From: Cyanophora paradoxa CCMP329
Lineage: Eukaryota; Plantae; Glaucophyta
DNA length: 64,000 nucleotides
Assembly: GCA_004431415.1 (NCBI GenBank)
Contig: QPMI01000638.1
Coordinates: forward strand, 124,001-188,000
Direction: 5' to 3'
Under the pieces are notes generated by a model. That model did no database searches. It was not told the DNA's origin and saw only the letters and a program-made list of their open reading frames with translations. Every line of letters begins with the position of its first letter. Within the stretch, counting starts at the first letter, position 1. The position numbers were made by a program, and so were the translations under genes. Of the stretch, positions 34,500 to 45,854 are shown piece after piece.

Positions 34500-34833
34500 C
34501 TTTCCCCGAGTGCGCGCCTTCAATTTCGATTTCCGATCAATTCCGATCTGACCCCCCTCCGCGCGTGCGCCGCCTCGGCCCCGCAGGCTACCGACGGGTC
34601 CCGGCCCCGTCGGGCCTGCAGGAACTCCCACCGCCCAAGAACGACGATGCGATGCTGCGCACGACACGCGCGCGGCCTAGGCCGTGCGGGGGTACGGTGG
34701 CCATGGAGCGTTACTCCCCTTACGGGCCTCGGGGGGGAACGGCCGGGCCGGCAACGGCGAGGGCCGCACCTTCCTACGCGTAGCCCAGACAGGCGTAGTA
34801 CACAGCTAGCTAGCTCTGTCTACGCTGAACGCA
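34500..34833 (+). repeat. R3 copy C
   Basis: Sequence identity with copies A and B. Carries extra palindromic insertions at 34692-34706. Confidence 0.9.
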
Positions 34834-35311
34834 AGAGATGCGCTGCATGCGAATGGACTTCGAATTCGACATCCGCTACCCCTGTACCCAGCTACAGCCC
34901 CGATCGACAGGGCGCCGGCTTGCGCGAGCAAGCAGCTTGTGCCTAGGGCGCCAGGCTTAAGGCTTTGATTTGAATTTGGACCCTTTCTTGATCGCGACTT
35001 TGGTTTGGAGCTGAGGCTGGCCATGGCCGAGTCTATGCGGCTTTTTGATCTGGATCTGAGTCTAGTCCGAACAGCTACTGGCCATGGTCTAGTCCAGACT
35101 CAGACGAAACTTGTCGTACCCCACGCACGAGAGGTTGCGCGAGCGAGCCGCTTGCAATTGCGTTCAAGGCGCACTTTTTGGAGCTCATATAATTAAGCTT
35201 AGCTCGTCAAGGTGGCAAAGCTAGTGCTCAAGACAAGGCTGTCTACAGCTAGGACTTGACGCTCTAGCTGGCGGCTTTGTGGTGTCCTGGTGGTTGTTTT
35301 ACGTTGTGGTC

Positions 35312-36206
35312 ATGCCGGACATAGTCGTTCCTGGGCAGCGACTCGGCGACGCGAGCGATGCAAGCGCAGGGCAGGTGCCCATCCACTTGCCGCCTGCGCC
35401 CCCGGCGTACGCGTAAGCGCGAGCAGGGCACGTATGTACTCCACGGAAAGATCTACGCGGCCCGCGTCGGAACGCTCAAGAAGAACACAGAAGCGGTTAG
35501 CTGAGCAAGCCTGCGCAAGGGGGCGCCTGTCGAGGAACTCGCGCAGCAGCCGAGCCTCGAGGTCGTGCGCGAGAAGGACGGGTCGGTTGTTCCAGAGATC
35601 GGGTCGGTTGTCACCGCGAAGGTCGGCTCCTCTCTTTTTTTGCGTCGAAATTGGACCTGATGTGCTCACAGTCGCGCAGGTCACGAAAGTGAACCCTCGG
35701 CTAGCTAGTCTCCAGATCCTGTGCGTTGGAGACCGCGTCGTCCGTCAGTCCTTCGACGCGAGCATCCGGTCACAGGATGTCCGTTCGACGCAAATCGATT
35801 CCGTAGAGTGTGTCTCCAAACTAGAGAGATCCGGGCTGAAATCTCCAGGCCTACATTGACATGTGCGCAGGATGTACAAGTCTTTCAGACCTGGAGGTGC
35901 TTTTGGCCTAGATAAATGTTAATACGATCGTCTCTGAGTCCAACCTCAGATGTAGTGAGGGCAGAGGTGATCTCGCTTGGGGACGCACGGTCGTACTTCC
36001 TCTCGACAGCGGGCTCTCCGGAATTCGGCGTTATCTTTGCGAAATCACTGGCAGGAGAAACCCTTGCGCCAGTCTCTGCAACCGAGGTGATGCCGAATTT
36101 TCAAGATATCATACGGAAACGCAAATTTGAGTCGAAAATGCAGATGCTCGACCCGATTAATCAGACTGTCGAGTACAGGAAAGTCGCAAAGATACAAGGA
36201 ACATGA
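35312..36206 (+). CDS. CSL4: Exosome complex component CSL4/EXOSC1
   Basis: MPDIVVPGQRLG...GTYVLHGKIYA; VVPEIGSVVTAK/VTKVNPRLA; IRSQDVRSTQID; MYKSFRPG/DVVRAEVISLGDARSYFLSTA...GVIFAKS; EYRKVAK. Confidence 0.93.
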
Positions 36207-37037
36207 TGAGAGGAATTTGCGATTACGATCGGTTTCTGCTTAGTGCAGATTTACGGGAAGTGCGATTCCGATTTAGCGCAGCTCATGAGTGTGGTAATTT
36301 GTTTTGAGAGGTTGGACTTCGATTTGGGGTTGGATCGGGGCGGACTTTGATTTGATTTGGGGCTTAGAGCCTCCGAAAGTCGTTATTTGAAATGGGAATG
36401 TTTTAGATCTCAGGGGCCCGGGTTAAAACGTTCAACGGTTGTCTGACGGTCATGATGTCCCTGCTTCATTGACTTGCAATTGGGATTGATCATGAGAAAG
36501 GAGCTCCGGATCCGGGGATCCCGCTTAATATATTAATGGGATCTGTCCGCGTGCTGCAGCTGGCTTCTAGATCTTGATTAGCTCATAATTATATAATCAC
36601 GTGCACCTCTTCGAATTCCCCGCGGCCAGGAGCGCTGATATCGATGCCATGATATTGACTCGGCGACGTGCTCCCGGCCCGGAGCCCCCCGGGAGCGAGC
36701 TCGAGAGTTCGCCTCCGATCCCCCTCTACATCTCTCGTTGCTCTAAAACCAGGGAGGAATCGTCGATCAACTGTGACTGCTAGATCGGGTACGCATGATC
36801 AGTCGGGGACGGGTACGGGTGAGTGGGCTGAGGGGGTAGAGGTGAGTTTAAGCATCGAGCTCGAGTTGGTGAGGCTAGCGCACGCGCGCACGCGCCAGGT
36901 TAGCATGCGCGAGCGCAAATGATTTGTTAGCTACACTGTTAGGACGGCCAGCCCGCCTCGCGTCGCCTCCTAGATCGCCGCAGAGCCGCAGCGCGTCGGA
37001 CGAGCCGCGCTGAAGCGCACTCGCAGTTCGCGCTAAG

Positions 37038-39985
37038 ATGCCAAACGTTGCATTGAATCGGGACAAGCTGTTCGCCGCTCTGAATCAGACATTCAGTGCG
37101 TTCGCTTCTACCGGCGCGTCGCGCGCATTCACCGTTCTGCGTGGCAGCTGATGCGGAGTTCGACGAGCTTTGCTTTCAATTCGGCATTGAGCTCGATGAG
37201 GTGGTGCGCGCGCGCCGTCGCTCTGCCCCTCCTTTTCGGGAGCAGCGCCGTAATTCATCTGTGCAGACGACCGAGAAGGCCGTCGCCAAGCGGGAGAAAG
37301 GCGACGCGGCCGTCGAGGAGCCCGGGAACGACGACGTAATCTACAAGATCGACGTACCGGCTAATAGGTACTCGAGCATTCCGCGCCGCATTGCCTTTCA
37401 CCGACCAGCGCTCTCAGATATGACATCTTGTGCCTGGAGGGGCTCAGCCGCGCTCTGAACGTCTTTCGCCGCAAGGCCGAACCGCCGAAGTTTGCCGTGA
37501 AGCCGGCCGTGCCGGGGACTCGCATGCATGTGAAGGCAGAGGTGAGCTTCCCCTTGTGATGCTTCCAGATGGGTCTCAGCGTCGCGCTGCAGACGGGGCG
37601 CATCCGGCCGTTCGTTGTGTGTGCAGTTCTGCGGAATATCAAGTTTGACGAGACGTCGTACAACAGCTTCATCGAACTCCAGGAGAAGCTGCATCAGAAT
37701 ATTTGCAGGTGTGTGCATATGTTGAGCGCGGCCTAATATGCACAAAGACAAACCACTCGTTCAGAAAGCGCACCCTTGTCGCGATTGGCACTCATGACCT
37801 GGACACTCTTGAAGGCCCGTTCACGTATGAAGCACTTCCTCCTCCTGAGGTGAATGGCCCGGCCCAGCTGTAACTATCTTTGCAACCTTGCGAGACAGAT
37901 TCGTTTCAAGCCATTGAACAAGGAGACAGAGGTTGACGGCAATGGTGTGATGGAGCTTTACAAGGTGCTTGGTGTTAGGAGGCGGTGCCAGTCGTCCGTG
38001 TTGTTCACCCCCGACATAGAACGATGCCAAGATGAAGCAGTATTTGCCGATCATATCGCATTCGCCCGTCTTTCCGGTGCTGTCGGCTCGGAGCTCCTCC
38101 CATGCTAGGACTCATCCTGAGAGCCGCACAGGTGATTTTCGACGCGAAACGGCGAGTGCTCTCGCTCCCCCCGATCATCAATGGCGATCACTCCAAAATC
38201 TCTCTTGACGTATGCTTCCACGAGCCTGTCTAATTCGAGTGCCGTTCTCACTGTGCAGCAGACGAAGAACGTGTTCATTGAGTGCACCGCGACCGACCTG
38301 ACTAAAGCGCACGTTGTTCTGAATGTGATCATCGCTGCTTTCTCCCAGTATTGTGCTGTCCCGTTTGAGTGCGCCCAAGCCTGTTTGCGCATAGTCAAAC
38401 CCGCGTCTGAAGCTAGATCACGATTCTTGTAGTTGCCAGGATACCCCTTGATCTATCACCGATTTTAATTCGCACACAGAGTGGAGGCGGTGGACATCAC
38501 GTACTCGGACGGCAGGACAGCTCGGACCCCGGACCTGTCCTCTCGCACCCTGGACTGTGATGTGTCCTACATTACTGATGTAAGGACAGGGCCTTCTCGT
38601 TGACACAGCGTTTTGCGCTCGCTGACTTGCCGTCCAGGGAATTGGGGTTACTCTGCCTGCACAACAAATTGCCGACTGCCTGTACCGCATGCAGGTTCGC
38701 GCGATGACGGCCGGCTTGCTGGTTGTTCTCATTTGTGTTTTTCTCAGCTCCCAACGGAGGTGCTTGACGGTGGCCATAAACTCCGCGTGACAGTGCCCCC
38801 CGTTCGTGCTGACGTGCTGCATGCTTGCGATGTTTTGGTTCGCTCTGTTGCTAGCGTATACGTCTATCCTTCTGGTCTTGATTTCTCTCTCAGGAAGACG
38901 TGGCGATTGCTTACGGCTACGACAACATCCCTGAATCGTTGCCGGAAGTCAGTTTCTGCTTCTTTTCCTGTCCTTGCCAATGTTCTCACCCTGGTGCAGA
39001 CGGTAACAATAGGGAGGCAGCAGCCCCTTGGGCAACTCACAGACCTGTTAAGATATGAGATGGCTATGTGCGGCTACACAGAGGTTCTCACCTTCGGGCT
39101 GGTTCGTCCTGGCAGCGCTTCCTCGACTTTCGAAAACTGCAGCTCATTTATTTCTCCCCTCCAGTGCTCGCACGATGACAATTGGAACAGTATCAAGCGT
39201 GTTGACGATGGTCAAACTGCCGTCGTGCTCTCCAACCCCAAGACGGCTGATTTCCAGGTCCTTTTTGTGTTCTTTGTTCACAACACTGGGGGAGATCATG
39301 GCTGACTGTGTTGTTGTGTTCCAGGAGTGTCGCACGAACCTTCTGCAAGGTTTGCTGAAGACTCTCCAGTGCAACCGAGGTGCTGCTCTCCCCATCTCGA
39401 TATTTGAGATCTCTGACATAGTTCGGGTTCGAGACTTGTTTTGTTTATCTCTCCGATATTTGTTTGAGGCCGATAACAACCTCTGCAGCTCGATCAAAGC
39501 AACTCGGTTGGCGCCCACAACAGACGCCAACTTTCGGCAATCTACACCAATACGAACTACTCGGGTTTCGAGGCACTTCCAGCTCTTTCCCAGTTTCCCA
39601 GCGGAAGCACCCTGTAATGTGGTTGATGTGCAGGTCATTCATGGTCTTCTTGACCGTCTCATGCTTGTGCTCAACGTACCTCGGGCATCTGGACCAAACG
39701 CTTTGGATGGCTATTCCATTGCACCCTCCAAAGGTAATGCTTTGTGTGGCGATCTGACAGTGTGTGGCGATCTGACATCCTGCAGACGGGGCATATTTCC
39801 CTGGCCGGCGAGCGAGTGTGATGTACAAGGGGAAGTGCATTGGTGTGCTTGGTGTTATTCACCCAGATGTCGTCAAGGTGGGAAACTCTCCAACTCTGTT
39901 CCGGCTGGAATAACCATTTGGGCAGGCGTTTGAACTGACATTCCCCGCCTCTGCCATTGAGCTTGACATTGAGCCCTTCCTTTAA
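37038..39985 (+). CDS. FARSB: Phenylalanine-tRNA ligase beta subunit (cytosolic)
   Basis: [115 protein letters not shown]. About 20 short introns. Confidence 0.96.
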
Positions 39986-40283
39986 CGTTTTGAACACATA
40001 TCAAGTTTTAGCCTATCTTTGCATTTTGACGCGACATGCGATATCAGCTAGCGGCTAGCTAGTAGATCACGTAAACAACTGCGAAATTGAAGTTGGAATC
40101 GAGAGCAAGATGAACTAACTTGACCCAGCACTCGAACCCAGCCGTGAAACCAGCCGCGAGAGCGCAAAGTTGTAACACTCGAACCGTGAACCCAGCCGCG
40201 AAATCGTGCTGATGCGTGCGTACTACGGTAATAATATAATGAGGGCCGCATGCGCATCATGGCATCGTGCACTTGGCCACCTG

Positions 40284-40502
40284 GTAGAGCAACAGAAGAC
40301 TTTTACATATAATTAGATTTCTATTTCGACCCCTCGGTTTCGATTTCAAGTTTCAAGTTTCGATCTCGACGTCGAGTTGCCAAGTTGCCTATCCGGATCA
40401 GATCGCGAGCGAGCCCATGGATTGCTCAGCGAACACTGCTAGTCCGAACAGCTACTGTACTAGTCCAGATCTAGATAACGTGTGAGCCATGTCTGAAATG
40501 CA
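40284..40502 (+). repeat. Dispersed repeat R2
   Basis: TAGAGCAACAGAA...TTTCGACCCCTCGGTTTCG...GAGTTGCCTAT...GAGCCCATGGATTGCTCAGCGAACACTGCTAGTCCGAACAGCTACTG...TAGTCCAGAT. Other copies at 56270-56478 and 61503-61825; partial copy at 35062-35098. Confidence 0.88.
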
Positions 40503-40704
40503 CTCGCGATCCACTGGTCATGGCCCAGTGGTGAAGACCCAAGAGCTCAAACCAAATTCGTCGACGTCGACCAAACCAAAAGCAAGTCCGACGTTGACCT
40601 GGTGCCACGGTGGTCACCAAATTAAAGTCTCGCTTTCGACTTAAGCTTGACTTAAGCTTTCGACTAAAGGTCACCCACTGGGCCAGGGTTTTGACTTAAG
40701 CTTG

Positions 40705-40880
40705 AGGGTTCATAGACTTCAAGCCTTGAAGCTAAGTGACCGTGGGGTTTGACCGTTGGACGTCGACTCAGGTCAAAATCGGATTTTGTCTTAGGGTTCA
40801 TAGACTTCAAGCCTTGAAGCTAAGTGACCGTGGGGTTTGACCGTTGGACGTCGACTCAGGTCAAAATCGGATTTTGTCTT
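40705..40880. repeat. 88-bp perfect tandem duplication
   Basis: 40705-40792 = 40793-40880. Confidence 0.92.
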
Positions 40881-41444
40881 TGACTCAGTGACTTGAAAGA
40901 TTGAATTCAATGATTTCGACTCGGTGATTCAACGATTTGAGATTAGAACTGCCCGGGCCCACCGGCCCGGCCGGGACGGTCTAGATCTGCAGCTGGGCCC
41001 CCGGGACTTCATTTGAGGTTGGACCTGAGGGATTAACATTTCAAATTCGATTTCGATTTCCGATCATGATCAACTTGGCGCCGGCAAGTTCCGAGCCTCG
41101 GAGTTCCAGGGTTCCGAAGTTCCGAAGTTCCAAGAAGAAGAAGAAGAGTATGTATAAGAAGTTCCAGGGCGATAATCAGACTCGGATGACAGGCCGCGGC
41201 TAGACAGACGCCCGCCGCCGTGCCGGGCTACTAGGCTAGCATTGGTTTCCGAAGTTCGCCGAGTCGGTCCGACGGTCGGAACTGTTGAACCGTTCAACAG
41301 CTGAGCCTCATGGTCAGACGCAGGGAACCACATTACGATTACGATTAGGGGGCTAGGCGGGGCTGACATAGATTCACATGAACACTTCTAGTCAAACAGC
41401 AGGTTGGGTGTCACGTTAAAATGTACTGTTGTAATGCTCTTTTA

Positions 41445-44400
41445 CGGCGAAGGGCCGACAGCGCCAGGACTTGCCGAGGCAGGCGGGACTCCAGATATAC
41501 CGACACTGATATCTGATTCTAAAGATGTTGGAGAAGGCTGTTTGATGTCAGAATCAGCAGGAATCACGGGATGTTGAATTGTTGGAGTTGTGTTGACAGG
41601 AGCAGGGATTGCTGGGTCCTGCCGGACTCCTGATGGCCCAACACCTGAAGCGAGCTGGAGAGCCTTGACTGCATTGGCTGCAGAGCCTGCTGCAGAGCCC
41701 TGAAGTAATGCTTTGATTTCCGCAAGTGCGCCTGTTGATGTAAGATTTGCCTGCTAAACAGTCAGAATAGAACAAAAATGAAAAAAAATCACAACTTTAA
41801 CACCGATTCAGGGTTTGTCGCAAGTGCCAAAATGCGGCCAAGAACGGAAGGATCAACTATCGCAGCTGCATCCTGCGACCTACAGTCGAAGCATACGTCA
41901 TTTTACGAAGCGAGCCCCGTCAACGGAGCTCCAGCGCTGCTCACCGCGCTTTCCCAGCTCTTGCTGCCATGGGGGGCTGCGGGACGCCCTCCTTGCCGGC
42001 CGGCCGCCGTCCTCGCTCCACCGACGTTGGACGTGCCTGCTGCCCTGCCGGCCTTGCCATTCCTTCTCCGCCCACCGCCGGCCCCCTGCACACGGCCCCT
42101 CAGCGCGAGCCCCGGTCACCGGAGCCCCCGCGCTGCTCACCGCGCCCCAGCTCTCGCTGCCGTGGGGGAGGGCGGGGCGCCCTCCTTGCTCGCCGGCCGC
42201 CGTCCTCGCTCCGCCGTCGTTGGACGGGCCTGCTGCCCTGCCGGTCTCGCCATTCCCTCTCCGCCCACCGCCGGCCCCCTGCACACGGCCCCCTCAGTGC
42301 GAGCCGCGGTCACCGAACCCCCAGCGCTGCTCACCGCGCTTTCCCAGCACTCGCTGCCGTGGGGGAGGGCGGGGCGCCCTCCTTGCTAGCCGGCCGCCGT
42401 CCTCGCTCCGCCGACGTTGGGCGCGGCTGCTGCCCTGCCGGCCCCGCCATTCCCTCTCCGCCCACCGCCGGCCCCCTGCACACGGCCCCTCAGCGCGAGC
42501 CACGGTCACCGGAGCCCCCCGCGCTGCTCACCGCGCTTTCCCAGCTCTCGCTGCCGTGGGGGGCTGCGGGGCGCCCTCCTTGCCGGCCGGCCGCCGTCCT
42601 CGCTCCGCCGACGTTGGACGCGCCTGCTGCCCTGCCGGCCCCGCCATTCCCTCTCCGCCCACCGCAAGGCCCCTGGACACGGCCCCTCAGCGCGAGCCCC
42701 GGTCACCGGAGCCCCGGCGCTGCTCACCGCGCTTTCCCAGCTCTCGCTGCCGTGGGGGAGGGCGGGGCGCCCTCCTTGCCGGCCGGCCGCCGTCCTCGCT
42801 CCGCCGACGTTGGCCGTGCCTGCTGCCCTGCCGGCCCCGCCATTCCCTCTCCGCCTACCGCAATGCCCCTGGACAAGGACCCTCAGCGCAACTTCCAGTC
42901 ACCGGAGCACCCGCGCTGCTCACCGCGCTTTCCCAGCTCTCGCTGCTGTGGGGGAGGGCGGGGCGCCCTCCTTGCCAGCCGGCCGCCGTCCTCGCTCCGC
43001 CGTCGTTGGACGCGCCTGCTGCCCTGCCGGCCCCGCCATTCCCTCTCCGCCCACCGCCGGCCCCCTGCACACGGCCCCCTCAGCGCGAGCCCCGGTCACC
43101 GGAGCCCCTGCGCTGCTCACCGCGCTTTCCCAGCTCTCGCTGCCGCGGGGGAGGGCGGGGCGCCCTCCTTGCTAGCCGGCCGCCGTCCTCGCTCCGCCGA
43201 CGTTGGACGCGCCTGCTGCCCTGCCGGCCCCGCCATTCCCTCTCCGCCCACCGCCGGCCCCCTGCACACGGCCCCTCAGCGCGAGCCGCGGTCACCGAAC
43301 CCCCAGCGCTGCTCACCGCGCTTTCCCAGCTCTCGCTGCCGTGGGGGAGGGCGGGGCGCCCTCCTTGCTAGCCGGCCGCCGTCCTCGCTCTGCCGACGTT
43401 GGCCGTGCCTGCTGCCCTGCCGGCCCCGCCATTCCCTCTCCGCCCACCGCAAGGCCCCTGGACACGGCCCCTCAGCGAGAGCCCCGGTCACCGGGGCCCC
43501 GGCGCTGCTCACCGCGCTTTCCCAGCTCTTGCTGCCGTGGGGGAGGGCGGGGCGCCCTCCTTGCTAGCCGGCCGCCGTCCTCGCTCCGCCGACGTTGGGC
43601 GCGGCTGCTGCCCTGCCGGCCCCGCCATTCCCTCTCCGCCCACCGCCGGCCCCCTGCACACGGCCCCCTCAGCGCGAGCCCCGGTCACCGGAGCCCCGGC
43701 GCTGCCCACCGCGCTTTCCCAGCTCTCGCTGCTGTGGGGGAGGGCGGGGCGCCCTCCTTGCCGGCTGGCCGCCGTCCTCGCTCCGCCGACGTTGGACGTG
43801 CCTGCGGTCCGTTTTGCTTCGTTGGTCCGGCAGATATAGGCCTCTTGTCGTGTAACCTGAATAATATTTTAGTCTCCAATAGCAGTCTGTCCGATCAATT
43901 GAGGCTCCGACCTCATTTGCACGGGTTCCCCGCTGTTTACTGGAAATTTGGCAATTTGGCTGACGCTGACTTGAGCTGCTGTGGTTGATGCGGCTGGGGC
44001 TGGGGCGGTCGTGGTGGGCGGCGCGGCGTCCGGGGGAGCGGCGGACTCCAGTGCCACTGCCGTTGCTGCAGCGGGCGTGGCTGCAGCAGTCGCAGCAGCT
44101 ACTGGTGCAGCCATGGAAAGCGGCGCGGGTTGTGGAGGCGCTGCTGGGTTAGATGCCAGCGCCGGCGCTGCAGCAGTCGCAGCTGCTGCTGGTGCAGCAG
44201 TGGAAAGCGGCGCCGGTTGTGGAGGCGCTGCTGGGTCGGATGCCATAGCTGGTGATGCAGCAGTCGCAGCTGCTACTGGTGCAGCCAGGGGGGGCGGCGC
44301 GGGCTGCGGGGGCGCTGCTGGCTCAAACGCCACAGACGGCGCTGCAGCAGTCGCAGCTGCTGCTGGTGTAGCCAGGGGGGACGGCGTCGGTTGTGGAGGC

Positions 44401-44774
44401 GCTGCTGGGTCGGATGCCATAGCTGGCGCTGCAGCCCCAGCTGCTGCTGGTGTAGCCACGTGGAGCGGCGCGGGTTGTGGAGGCGCTGCTGGGTTAGATG
44501 CCAGCGCCGGCGCTGCAGCAGTCGCAGCTGCTGCTGGTGCAGCCGTGGAAAGCGGTTGTGGAGGCGCTGCTGACTCAGACGCCACAGACGGCGCTGCAGT
44601 TGTTGCGGCCGCTACCGGTGCAGCCATGGAAAGCGGTTGTGGAGGCGCTGCTGACTCAGACGCCACATGTACAGACGGCGCTGCAGCAGTTGCAGCCGCT
44701 GCCGGTGTAGCCAGGGCATGCGCGGCTAATGTCGCTGCTGGCAGCTGCGGCTCTGTCAAGTGCGGCTCCGTCAT
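41445..44774 (-). CDS. Hypothetical Ala/Pro-rich repeat protein with a minisatellite-filled intron
   Basis: Exon of ~300 aa made of ~30-aa repeats (AAPAAAATAAAPALASNPAAPPQPAPLS). Then short exon VTRQEAYICRTNEAKRTA, exon SQDAAAIVDPSVLGRILALATNPES and terminal exon QANLTSTGALAEIK...GAVGPSP*. Confidence 0.5.
41910..43805. repeat. GC-rich tandem array, ~196-197-bp unit x ~9.6
   Basis: The unit GCGCTGCTCACCGCGCTTTCCCAGCTCTCGCTGCCGTGGGGGAGGGCGGGGCGCC... recurs about every 196 bp. Confidence 0.95.
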
Positions 44775-45095
44775 ACTGCGCGCATGCACTCCCCGGCCGC
44801 AGGCTACGTATTTTCGAATTCCGGGGTAGCCGATCTTGGTAGGCTGCAGCGCATTGATAACACAGGCATGCTAGCTGCGGACATCGCAGGAGCTTGAGCT
44901 GGGTCTGTGCTACCTACGGGGGCGACAAGCCTGCGGGCAACGCAGGCAGGGCCCGCTGTAGGGGGGTACGCGGTCCCCCTATGCTGCCCAAACTACGACG
45001 CGGCCTGCGCCGCAGCTTGGGGGGCGGGGCTGGCCCGCCGCGGGCCGGAGCCGGCCAGCAGAAGGGGCTTGAGGCGGAGCCCCGCGTCCACGCCC

Positions 45096-45180
45096 GAGAG
45101 GAACCGCAGCAGGATGTTCCTGCGCATGCGATTACAGACGGAGAGGAACCGCAGCAGGATGTTCCTGCGCATGCGATTAC
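45096..45180. repeat. 45-bp tandem duplication
   Basis: GAGAGGAACCGCAGCAGGATGTTCCTGCGCATGCGATTAC occurs twice. Confidence 0.85.
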
Positions 45181-45297
45181 TGAATGATAATTCAATGATT
45201 AACTCGACACACAAGCACGTATAAGTACAGCTGCATGCGCAGACGATTTAATTCGAAATGCACTGCAGACAGACTTGCATGTGCAGCGGGGCCCGCT

Positions 45298-45750
45298 ACG
45301 CGTCACCGCCGTCGCGGGGGCCCGCCACGAGGAGGTCGTAGTGGGGGGGCCGGATGACGCTGCCGGGGTGGAAGCGGAGGTTGATCACGACGCCGGAGGG
45401 GCCGGGCGCCCCCGAGGGGACGGCGGGCCCGGGTCCTACAGGCTCAGGCCCCGGGGCGGACGGCGCGTCGCCGGTAACGAGGTCCGGGGATGCATCGGCG
45501 AGGCCCGGCCCGGATCCGGAGAGGGCTGGAAGGGCGCCACGCCCCCTCGGCCCGGCGGCCTGCGGAGGGAGCGATCAGGGCGGCGCGGGCGCGGCCACGG
45601 GACGTGCGTGGGGGACGCGCCTTCTTCCCCCCCGCCTTCTTCCCCTTCTTCTTCTCCACTCGGCGCTCCGTCGCGGGGCGAGCTCGGTACATCTCGGCGG
45701 TAGTGTTCCGAGGAATAGCCAATCGAGGGATTGTCAGGGGCAACCCGGGC
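45298..45750 (-). pseudogene. Chimeric gene fragment carrying an 87-bp copy of the EF-hand gene's first exon
   Basis: 45664-45750 matches 21857-21943 at 85/87, then diverges into Lys-rich and Pro-rich sequence. No ATG evident. Confidence 0.45.
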
Positions 45751-45854
45751 AGTAGGCTGCAGCTGTCTGCAGACGGCGGCGGCTAGATCTGGTCTGCTAC
45801 ATCTTAGATCGGCGCCAGTCTTCGCGCAACAAGATCGCCGTGCATCGCCGCCAC

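Noticed and set aside
41815-43988. 500-aa repeat proteins in the 196-bp array
   Set aside because: The unit length is mostly not a multiple of 3 and the frames rotate between units, so these are not credible CDS.
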